From NCBI GenBank assembly GCA_038279365.1, contig JAYODI010000051.1:1-43482 (forward strand): a stretch of DNA of 43,482 bases, read 5' to 3'. The translations under genes were made by a program, and so were the position numbers. Under the pieces are notes generated by a model. The model worked only from the letters and a program-made list of their open reading frames with translations. It was not told the origin of the DNA and ran no database searches. This stretch comes from Candidatus Latescibacterota bacterium. GTDB taxonomy: Bacteria > Latescibacterota > UBA2968. Below, piece by piece: positions 35,520 to 43,482 of this stretch (position 1 is the first letter of the stretch; every line of letters begins with the position of its first letter).

Positions 35520-37751
35520 CTAAAACGCATATCCCATAGATCCATAAATCGAAAGCGTGTTTCGATTGGAACCCGTTAGCTCCAAACGCATCGGCCCAGG
35601 AAACCGCCGATCCATATACACCCCCACACCCACACCATGCACCCAGTCATCAAACCCTGTCAAAGCCCGATTAAAAAGACCAGCCCGATAAAATGCCCCC
35701 ACAACCAAATCACGCAACACTGCAACAGATGGCTCTACAAAACGTTTGCGCACCAAAAAACTCCCAGAAGCCATCCGCGTAACCCGCAACGCATCGCGGT
35801 TCAAACCTGGAAAATCTACAGAAGCCACCTGAAAATGTCCTGCTCCGCCCACATACAAATAGTCATAAGCCGGTGCACGATCAGACACATATCCCCACTG
35901 ACCTTTAATACCCAATGTCCAACTGTCATGCAACCGAACAAACTGTGCCCAATCGCCAAACAAATGATAATAATCCGATGTCGCAAACACGCGTTTGGCC
36001 TTCCAACGCATCAAAAAACCATGATCAGGCAAAAAAGATTTGTCACGTGTATCCACTGTCACATCAAACCATACATTGGGTAAATTTTCGGACACCTCCG
36101 AAAACAACGGAGCACTTTTCCGAATATGTAACCGTTCAAATTGATAACCCAAGCGGGCACTGCCCCAATTGCCAAACAAACGCTGTAACCCAACCGTTGC
36201 CCGATAGCGTGATTCTTCAAAATCACCCAAACGAACATCATTTTGGAATGCCAATCGATCTTGGCTGTGCCAATGCAATTGTGCCATCAAACGCACAGAC
36301 AATGTGGGAACTGGGCGTGCATAAATGCCCGATTCAACAAACTTGAGTTTACCCAAAACCCCACGCACAAAAAAATCTGACCCACGCCCCACAACATGGC
36401 GTTGCCAAAGCTCAGCAAGTGCAAGCAACTGAAAATCTTGGTCATAATGTAACCCAAACCCCAGTTCCGACTGGCTTATTTGGCGCACCGTAAAAACCAA
36501 TGTCGTCTGATCACCTGCTCGAAGCAATTCATAACCAACTGTTTCAAACAAACCCGTTGCATAAAGCCGTGACACATCTTGATCAACAAGATGAATCGCC
36601 ACAGGTTTGCCCAAAGGCGTTTGTAATACCTTATGTAAATCAACAGCATCAGCCTGTTGGATACCCTCAAACTGAATTGCATTGACCACCACATCCAATG
36701 GCAACCCCGACCAAGTTTTTAAATGAAACGCTTCAGGCAACTGCGATATGCGCGTCGCCTGTTGTGACAGTGGAATATTCAAATGCCTTAAATCTTCTAA
36801 AATATCATCCAAATGTTGTGTGGTAGCCACATCTCCTCGCCCAATCAACTCCTGTGCCGCATCAAAATCGCCAATTTCAAAACCATCCAAGTTGGGCATA
36901 ATCAAAACATGGGCCAACTTGCGATTGGCAATCTTCTTTTCTTCAATTCGAAAACTGATGGCCTGATCAAAAATATCAATAAAATCTTTGACCTCATCTT
37001 TATGTGTACGAAGTGGTGTTGCACAATCTACAGCAATCACATAATCGGCCCCAGCCGCCAACGCAACATCCACAGGCAAATTGTTTGCAATGCCCCCATC
37101 CACCAACAACGTATTTTCCATCTCTACGGGTGTAAACAAACCTGGTACTGCAATACTGGCCCGAATGGCTTTGCTTAATGTGCCCGACTTAAAAACAAGG
37201 GTCTGCCCCGTTAACACATCTGTCGCAACCGTACGAAAAGGAATGGGCAAATGGTCAAAATTATTTTCTGCTTGATAGGTTGCAGGTGTCGTCAACAAGT
37301 CCAAAACCTGTTGAATTTTTTGACCAGCAAAAATCCCTTGTGGCAAACGCGGTGTAAAATCTTCTAAATGAACAGCAATCAACCTGCGGTCACTGCCCTG
37401 TTTGTGTGTGGTATTGAGCAACCGCCTATCGGGTCGATCATCAGAAATATCGTGCCAATCAACCGACGTCAAAATGCGGGCAACATCATCGGCAGAATAG
37501 CCTGATGCATATAACCCACCCACCAAAGCGCCATAACTTGCCCCAACAATCATATCAATAGGTACGCCCGCTTTTTCCAACACACGCAACACACCCATAT
37601 GCACAGCGCCACGCGCACCACCACCACTGAGCACCAACGCCACTTTAGGGCGATCTTCAGCAAACGCAAAATAGGGCTTCCCAAAAACAAGAAGCCCTAT
37701 TAAAAAGAGGATCACACTTCGCCTAAATGAAATCAACACCGACAACCCCAA
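35520..37751 (-). CDS. Patatin-like phospholipase with POTRA and outer-membrane beta-barrel (PlpD-like architecture)
   Basis: Signal peptide, GGGARG, GASYG nucleophile motif, DGG; POTRA-like RLYATGLFETV; amphipathic beta C-terminus ending in GYAF. Confidence 0.88.
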   Translation of the reverse strand: MGLSVLISFRRSVILFLIGLLVFGKPYFAFAEDRPKVALVLSGGGARGAVHMGVLRVLEKAGVPIDMIVGASYGALVGGLYASGYSADDVARILTSVDWHDISDDRPDRRLLNTTHKQGSDRRLIAVHLEDFTPRLPQGIFAGQKIQQVLDLLTTPATYQAENNFDHLPIPFRTVATDVLTGQTLVFKSGTLSKAIRASIAVPGLFTPVEMENTLLVDGGIANNLPVDVALAAGADYVIAVDCATPLRTHKDEVKDFIDIFDQAISFRIEEKKIANRKLAHVLIMPNLDGFEIGDFDAAQELIGRGDVATTQHLDDILEDLRHLNIPLSQQATRISQLPEAFHLKTWSGLPLDVVVNAIQFEGIQQADAVDLHKVLQTPLGKPVAIHLVDQDVSRLYATGLFETVGYELLRAGDQTTLVFTVRQISQSELGFGLHYDQDFQLLALAELWQRHVVGRGSDFFVRGVLGKLKFVESGIYARPVPTLSVRLMAQLHWHSQDRLAFQNDVRLGDFEESRYRATVGLQRLFGNWGSARLGYQFERLHIRKSAPLFSEVSENLPNVWFDVTVDTRDKSFLPDHGFLMRWKAKRVFATSDYYHLFGDWAQFVRLHDSWTLGIKGQWGYVSDRAPAYDYLYVGGAGHFQVASVDFPGLNRDALRVTRMASGSFLVRKRFVEPSVAVLRDLVVGAFYRAGLFNRALTGFDDWVHGVGVGVYMDRRFPGPMRLELTGSNRNTLSIYGSMGYAF

Positions 37752-38594
37752 TTATGATGAAGCAACCCAATCGGCTTGATATTGCGCCACAAACGCATTA
37801 AAAAAAGCCCGAGCATCTTCATTTAAACCATCCAAATATCCCGATTCTAAAAACCACGGTTGGTGTGAAAAATAATCACTCAATGGCACATCTGCACGTG
37901 TATAAGTCAACATCAATGTATGGCGTAACCGATCTGCATGATAACGACCTCGGTGTAACCCCGCAGGATTAAACCCAACGGCATCACCTGGTTCAAGTGC
38001 AATGCGAATCGCATTGGGCATCGCATCAGACGTATTGTTTTTGCCACCCTCCGCTTTGCGAATGGCATACTCTTCATCCCTATCCCATCGCAAATGAGAC
38101 CCTGGCACAAACTCCACGTCGTCACTGGCCACAAGGGCCACTTGCAATTGCACACTTGAGCCAAACCCTTGTCGCGATAAAATCTTTTCGCGCTCCTCGT
38201 CATCACTGGCCGACCGAAATTGTGTATCACGGTGCCAGTTGCCATCTCGGCTATTTTTTTGCGGATTAAAAAAAAGACTCGTACATCGAAACAAGGGATC
38301 ACCGTGCAAAATGGTGCGCACCAAATGCAACACGTTTTTATCGGCAACCGCATGCATCAAATCACGCAATTTGGCACGATCATCACCAAAGTAACCCAAG
38401 TGATTCAAATGCCGCATCACCGTCGCATCTGCCCCACCACCCGGCTCCCCTTTTTCAGGGTTGCACACGCGCCACTGAGCCAACACATCAAAACAAATGT
38501 CGTGCAAACGGGCTGTGCGGTTCGGGTTAAACAACCCCCGAACCACCACATACCCATCATTTTCCCATTGTCTTTGCAAATCTTTATCGGTCAT
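37752..38594 (-). CDS. PhyH-family Fe(II)/2-oxoglutarate dioxygenase
   Basis: DGYVVVRG, WHRD (HxD), VPGSH, PGDA..F....LHRG. Confidence 0.85.
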   Translation of the reverse strand: MTDKDLQRQWENDGYVVVRGLFNPNRTARLHDICFDVLAQWRVCNPEKGEPGGGADATVMRHLNHLGYFGDDRAKLRDLMHAVADKNVLHLVRTILHGDPLFRCTSLFFNPQKNSRDGNWHRDTQFRSASDDEEREKILSRQGFGSSVQLQVALVASDDVEFVPGSHLRWDRDEEYAIRKAEGGKNNTSDAMPNAIRIALEPGDAVGFNPAGLHRGRYHADRLRHTLMLTYTRADVPLSDYFSHQPWFLESGYLDGLNEDARAFFNAFVAQYQADWVASS

Positions 38595-39558
38595 CGCGCT
38601 TTAAATCCAACCAATCCAATTCGGTTTCACTCAGCTTCAAATTTAACGCTTCGATATTGGCCTTGCATTCATCGGGGTGAAACACACCAATCAACGAGAA
38701 AATATTCAAAGGTTGATTCAAAATAAAGGCCAACGCAATTTGTGGCACACTCAACCCTTTTTCAGCAGCCAATTCACCAGCACGATCCAATCGCTTAAAG
38801 TTTTGTTCATAACAATATGCTTCAACACAAGCCCCCGGCAAATTCTCTTTATAACTTTCAAATGTCTCGCGCGTAAACCGCCCCGAAAAGAACCCTTGCG
38901 CCAAGCTTGACCAAGTAAACAAAGGCATTTTCTGCTCGGCGTACCAAGCTCGGTTGGCATCATTCTCTGGGCCACTCAAACTGATACAATCGGCCCAAGG
39001 TTCTTTTACTTGCTCTGCCAAACTGTAATTGGGGCTGCTCACAGCAAAGGGTTCCAAATTGTGCTTATAGGCATATTCATTGGCTTCTTGAAGGCGTGGT
39101 ACCGTCCAGTTTGACCCTCCAAACACACCAATACGCCCAGCCGCTTTGTGTTCGTTCAACACCTCCACAATAGGCCCCACTTCCACATCAGGATCATCGC
39201 GATGCAACACATAAATATCAATAAAATCGGTACGACACCGTGCAAACGAATCGTGCAATTCGGAAGTAATATCATAAGGCGTCACCCGCTTGCGATCACC
39301 ACTGTGATGCGCCCCCTTGGTCAAAATCACAACCTTGTCGCGAATACCCCGCGACTCAATCCACTTGCCCAACACCCGTTCACACTGCCCACCGCCATAA
39401 ATATGGGCGCAATCAAACGCATTCACACCCAATGCATACACCCCATCCAACAGCGCAAAACCCTGCTCTTCTTCATTAGACTTCAGCATAATTGTTCCGT
39501 GCAAAATGCGCGAAATGGGTTTGTCCACCCCATCAATATGTCCATATTCCATTGGCAT
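38584..39558 (-). CDS. Aldo/keto reductase
   Basis: FDCAHIYG, ILTKG, IDIYVLHRDD, FGGSNW, WSSLAQG; start placed after GAAAGGA. Confidence 0.9.
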   Translation of the reverse strand: MPMEYGHIDGVDKPISRILHGTIMLKSNEEEQGFALLDGVYALGVNAFDCAHIYGGGQCERVLGKWIESRGIRDKVVILTKGAHHSGDRKRVTPYDITSELHDSFARCRTDFIDIYVLHRDDPDVEVGPIVEVLNEHKAAGRIGVFGGSNWTVPRLQEANEYAYKHNLEPFAVSSPNYSLAEQVKEPWADCISLSGPENDANRAWYAEQKMPLFTWSSLAQGFFSGRFTRETFESYKENLPGACVEAYCYEQNFKRLDRAGELAAEKGLSVPQIALAFILNQPLNIFSLIGVFHPDECKANIEALNLKLSETELDWLDLKRDDR

Positions 39559-39633
39559 GTTTTCAATTCCTTTCTCAATCATAACGATTCAGTGGTGTCT
39601 TTGTTGCCCGTATATCAAAACGATAAACTTCAT

Positions 39634-40617
39634 TTATTCCATCGGATATTTTAAACCCCATTGTGCCCGCACCGCATCCATCGTGCCCATCAATGCCAGC
39701 GTTTCATCGTGCGGAATCACATCACTTTCAATTTTGCCTGCACGCACACACCGCGCAACCTCTTCTGCTTCAAACTCATATCCATTGCCCTTATGAGGCA
39801 ATTCCACAACCTCTTCATTTCCTCCCACCGTCAACGTGGCTTTTTTGCCATTCCAAAAAGAAGGCATCACACTGATCATACCATCGGTACCCAAAATCTT
39901 AGCATCGTGAGGTGTCTTAATACGCACCCCACAAGACAGCAAGGCCAAAGCACCATCTTCATATCCAAAAACCATCGCGGCCTGTTCATCCACACCCGTT
40001 TCACCAATATGTGCTTGGCTGGAAATCGTTTTGGGTGGTCCACCAAACACCATCGACGCATAGGAAATAGGATAAATCCCCACATCCAGCAAACCACCAC
40101 CACCCAAGTTTAAATTAAACAAACGCCCATCAGGGTTGATGCCCGCACGAAATCCAAAATCGGCATACATCATGCGCACATCACCAATAGCCCCATCAGC
40201 CAACCACTTGCGCACTTGTACCGTAATGGGCAAAAACCGAGTCCACATCGCCTCCATCAAAAACACATTTTGGGCACGCGCCACATCCACCATTTCTTGT
40301 GCATCTTTTTGATTAATCGCAAAAGGCTTTTCACACAACACGGCCTTACCCGCTTCCAAACACAAAATGCTGTTCTCTTTGTGAAACGGATGCGGTGTTG
40401 AAACATAAATGGCGTCTACCTGGTCATCATTGGCCAATGCTTCATAAGAAGCATGGCGGGTTGGCACATCAAACTGATCGGCAAACTTGTCAGCATTTTC
40501 TTGCGTGCGTGAGCCCACAGCCACCAGCTTAGCCCCCTCGGCGGCTTGCAAACCCGTCGCAAACTTTTTTGCAATATTCCCACAACCCAAAATACCCCAA
40601 CGAAACGTATCACCCAT
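39634..40617 (-). CDS. Gfo/Idh/MocA family oxidoreductase
   Basis: WGILGCGNIA, LCEKP, MEAMWTRF, GGGLLDVGIY. Confidence 0.95.
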   Translation of the reverse strand: MGDTFRWGILGCGNIAKKFATGLQAAEGAKLVAVGSRTQENADKFADQFDVPTRHASYEALANDDQVDAIYVSTPHPFHKENSILCLEAGKAVLCEKPFAINQKDAQEMVDVARAQNVFLMEAMWTRFLPITVQVRKWLADGAIGDVRMMYADFGFRAGINPDGRLFNLNLGGGGLLDVGIYPISYASMVFGGPPKTISSQAHIGETGVDEQAAMVFGYEDGALALLSCGVRIKTPHDAKILGTDGMISVMPSFWNGKKATLTVGGNEEVVELPHKGNGYEFEAEEVARCVRAGKIESDVIPHDETLALMGTMDAVRAQWGLKYPME

Positions 40618-40628
40618 GTTGACAACTC

Positions 40629-42440
40629 CTAACCCTTGTGATTTAAAACCCGTGGCAAAATCTCTTCAAGCTGTGCCAAAGGATCGGCCATACCTCGAAT
40701 GGCTTGCACCCAAAAATCTGGTTTTTCCAAATCTTGGCCAATACTTTGCTTGGCCACATTTTCACACGTATCACTTCCCGTCAATCTCAAAAAGTCTTCA
40801 TAACGAGGTAAAAAATCTGCCCCTTCTTTTTGAAACAACGCAAACAAACCACGGCTCAACAAAAACCCAAACGTATACGGATAATTGTAAAACGTCACAC
40901 CTGTAATGTAAAAATGTAACTTCGATGCCCAAAAATAAGGATCTTCGCCACCGGCTTCCAACACATCACCAAAGATGCGCTGCTGCGTTTCCACCATCAA
41001 ATTTTTAATTTCAGACACGCTTAATTCGCCCTTTTGACGAGCTTGATAAAAAGCTTTTTCAAACTCAAACCGCACAGGAATATCCATCAAATAAATGGCC
41101 CCATGCCCCACTTCCATATCCAATGTCAATGCTTTTTGCTTGTCTGTCACATCGGGGTTTTCCAAAATGCCTTCTGTCAAAATCATCTCACCAAACGTCG
41201 ATGCCGATTCGGCCAACGTCATTGGATACCGCGAGGCAAATGATCTCTTTTCGCGCAAGATATAACTGTGAAAAGCATGACCCGCTTCATGAGCCAATGT
41301 GCGCACATCACCAATGGTATTGTTATATGTCATAAAAATGCGAGATTGCTTAATGTGCTTGGACCCCGTGCAAAAAGCCCCAGGGCGTTTGCCAGCACGT
41401 GGTTCCCACTCCACCCAATCTTTATCATACACCCCCTGAATAAAATCACCCAACTTTGGATAGGCACGTGAAAAAGATGAATGTACCAATGCTTTCCCCG
41501 TTTCCCAATCCAATGGTTCATCATCAGACAAAGGCAAAGGTGCTCCCAAATCGTACCATGCAATTTTATCACGCCCCATCACATCTGCTTTTAAGCGCAA
41601 AATGCGACGCCCCAATTCAATTTCCGAATGAATCGCTTCAAACATTGCCTCCAATGTCTTTTGCGAAATAGCCGCCTGAAAACACGCCACATCCAAAAAG
41701 TGATTTACCCCTCGGTGTCCATTTAATGTTAAACGCGTACCAGCAATGGCGTTTAATGCCGCAGCCGTTACATCGGCCACACCCGACCACGCTTCATTGC
41801 CCTTTTCAAATGCCGCCTGCCGAACCGCCCGATCGGGTTTTTCCATCAACGACCGACGTTGCGACATAGGCAACCGGGCCTTCTTCCCATCGGGATACAC
41901 CATATCAAACTCAAGCTTACCCGATACCGTATCATAAAGCCGCCCCCACGCATTGATCCCATCCACCCCCAAATCGGCCGCCAACCCTTCACGTGCGGCA
42001 TCCATCGTAAATTGCGCATCACGCCGCATCCGCCCCAATGCATAAGCCGCGTCATTTAAGGCCTCGCGCCCAACAAACGCATCAAACACATCGTCAGACG
42101 CATCTTTTAAACCACGCAATAACTCCACCGAAAGTTTAGAAGCTTCGGCACCCAAACGATCCAAAGCAGACTCTTCTTTGGCATAATCTTCATTGCGTGC
42201 ATCAACCGACGTCAAACATCCAACATACGAATTGATATGACCAAATCGCATCATCACATCTTCATACCGTACAAACACGGTTTCCCAATCGTCTTGATTG
42301 TTGGCATTCAAAACAGCAAGCTCCGATGCCTTTTTGTGCAAATCACTGAAATCTTTTTTGATGGCCTCCTTAAAAGCCACCATCTCTGGACCATTAAACG
42401 TGGGAAAATAATCTTTCAAATCCCAATTCATATCCGCCAT
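40629..42440 (-). CDS. pepF: M3B family oligoendopeptidase F
   Basis: GKRPGAFC, TLAHEAGHAFH (HExxH), AESASTFGE, FYNYPYTFG; start set at MADMNWDL after GGAG. Confidence 0.9.
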   Translation of the reverse strand: MADMNWDLKDYFPTFNGPEMVAFKEAIKKDFSDLHKKASELAVLNANNQDDWETVFVRYEDVMMRFGHINSYVGCLTSVDARNEDYAKEESALDRLGAEASKLSVELLRGLKDASDDVFDAFVGREALNDAAYALGRMRRDAQFTMDAAREGLAADLGVDGINAWGRLYDTVSGKLEFDMVYPDGKKARLPMSQRRSLMEKPDRAVRQAAFEKGNEAWSGVADVTAAALNAIAGTRLTLNGHRGVNHFLDVACFQAAISQKTLEAMFEAIHSEIELGRRILRLKADVMGRDKIAWYDLGAPLPLSDDEPLDWETGKALVHSSFSRAYPKLGDFIQGVYDKDWVEWEPRAGKRPGAFCTGSKHIKQSRIFMTYNNTIGDVRTLAHEAGHAFHSYILREKRSFASRYPMTLAESASTFGEMILTEGILENPDVTDKQKALTLDMEVGHGAIYLMDIPVRFEFEKAFYQARQKGELSVSEIKNLMVETQQRIFGDVLEAGGEDPYFWASKLHFYITGVTFYNYPYTFGFLLSRGLFALFQKEGADFLPRYEDFLRLTGSDTCENVAKQSIGQDLEKPDFWVQAIRGMADPLAQLEEILPRVLNHKG

Positions 42441-42451
42441 ATCATCTCCCA

Positions 42452-43324
42452 TCATAATGCCTTGTAAAACGGTTGGCTCCACGCACGTCGTGTACCACAA
42501 TGTACTTCAATACGAAAATACGTCAAATCAGGAATTGCATCCCATACCAAATGTGCCCCCACCTCCCGATGCAACACCTTGCCTTCTGGGCCAATAATTA
42601 ACATTTCTTGTGCAAATTTATCGCAAGACACATCCAAAGTTTTGCCATCAAATAATATCTGTTTAAATGAGGGATACGTGCTGGCAAAAAAAGCACCCTG
42701 TTTAAGCTGTGACACCAACAATTGCCAAGTCACCTCTTCAACACCTTCATCCACCTGCACACTCACCCACCCATGTCCTGGTGTGGTATATTGGCAATGA
42801 AAATCATCAGTCGCAATGGCCCAAATGTGTTTGCCCTGGCTCAACACATCATCCCAAATCTTCACATTGGCAACTTCATCGCACCCACGCCCTTCACGCA
42901 ACCCATTAAAAATCTCCACAGCATGTGCAATATCCGCCGTTTGATGCACATTGAAAGCACCATGTTCATATTGCTGGGGGTGACACACCGCTACAAAACC
43001 ACCCGCATTGCGCAAGGCCTGTGCCCGTTCGCCAATATCATCCGAAGGCATTTCCGTCACCTCATAAACACCCAACTCCAACATATGATCCGTACTGCCA
43101 TTTTCTTCACCCGGAATCAACACCAATGGTATCTGGTCTTGCCACGTGCGCCATTGTTCTTCATTAGGTGCCATATTATGATCCGTAATCGCCATAAAAT
43201 CATATCCCAAACTGGCAAACATGGGCCCACTTTCAGACACATCCATAAAACGCCCACAACACGTATGCCCATGTAAATTGCCACGCAACCAACGTTTGGA
43301 ATCGGAATAAGGATTGAGATACAA
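42452..43324 (-). CDS. PHP-domain metallohydrolase (CehA/McbA-like)
   Basis: WLRGNLHGHT, AITDHN, PGEE, CHP, EIFNG, ATDDFH; TTG start with AGGAG RBS. Confidence 0.85.
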   Translation of the reverse strand: MYLNPYSDSKRWLRGNLHGHTCCGRFMDVSESGPMFASLGYDFMAITDHNMAPNEEQWRTWQDQIPLVLIPGEENGSTDHMLELGVYEVTEMPSDDIGERAQALRNAGGFVAVCHPQQYEHGAFNVHQTADIAHAVEIFNGLREGRGCDEVANVKIWDDVLSQGKHIWAIATDDFHCQYTTPGHGWVSVQVDEGVEEVTWQLLVSQLKQGAFFASTYPSFKQILFDGKTLDVSCDKFAQEMLIIGPEGKVLHREVGAHLVWDAIPDLTYFRIEVHCGTRRAWSQPFYKAL

Positions 43325-43367
43325 ATTGAACTCCTAAGTTTAAAATTCTAAGCTGGCATTGGCTTCA

Positions 43368-43482
43368 CGTTTGCCGTTTACCGTTTGCCGTTTGCCGTTT
43401 GCCGTTTGCCGTTTGCCGTTTGCCGTTTGCCGTTTGCCGTCTGCCGTTTGCCATTTGCCGTTTGCCGTCTGCCGTTTGCCGT
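43368..43482. repeat. Heptamer tandem repeat (CGTTTGC)n, about 16 copies, open at the window end
   Basis: Units CGTTTGC with occasional CGTTTAC, CGTCTGC and CATTTGC variants. Confidence 0.95.

Noticed and set aside
4697-43276. Numerous short antisense or alternate-frame ORFs overlapping called genes
   Set aside because: They lie within well-supported genes and have no RBS or recognisable motifs.
43368-43482. CRISPR array
   Set aside because: 7-bp tandem units without spacers, and no cas genes.
1-43482. tRNA, rRNA, IS element, integrase or prophage
   Set aside because: No such sequence was recognised anywhere in the window.

Overview
Bacterial chromosomal window, probably from a diderm (it encodes a patatin-POTRA-beta-barrel protein). 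From left to right it holds: (1) a large Ser/Thr kinase-AAA NTPase-TPR gene running off the left edge (missing from the ORF track), divergent from a PAS histidine kinase; (2) an ~17.6-kb minus-strand flagellar cluster behind a sigma-54 promoter: flgB, orphan ORF, lytic transglycosylase, fliE, fliF, fliH, fliI, fliJ, motE-like, fliK, flgD, TIGR02530, flgE, flbD, motA, motB, motB, fliN. flgC, fliG, fliL and fliM are absent from their usual slots; (3) modBC; (4) a ~600-nt structured non-coding region, two paralogous small membrane proteins and an ECF sigma factor; (5) blaI with a BlaR1/M56-TPR gene and a four-site operator; (6) PilZ, RraA, O-methyltransferase, sulfatase, DUF2809 and aldo/keto reductase genes; (7) a minus-strand block of enzymes; (8) a terminal 7-bp tandem repeat. 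The most striking signals are non-coding. One is an array of ANGGAN (CsrA/Rsm-type) motifs, several in hexaloop hairpins, between fliK and flgD. Another is a compact two-hairpin RNA between the TIGR02530 gene and the flgE RBS. The third is a CopA/CopT-like (UUGGCG loop) antisense element in the leader of the small-protein/ECF operon. All calls come from reading the sequence by eye; no searches or folding programs were run.
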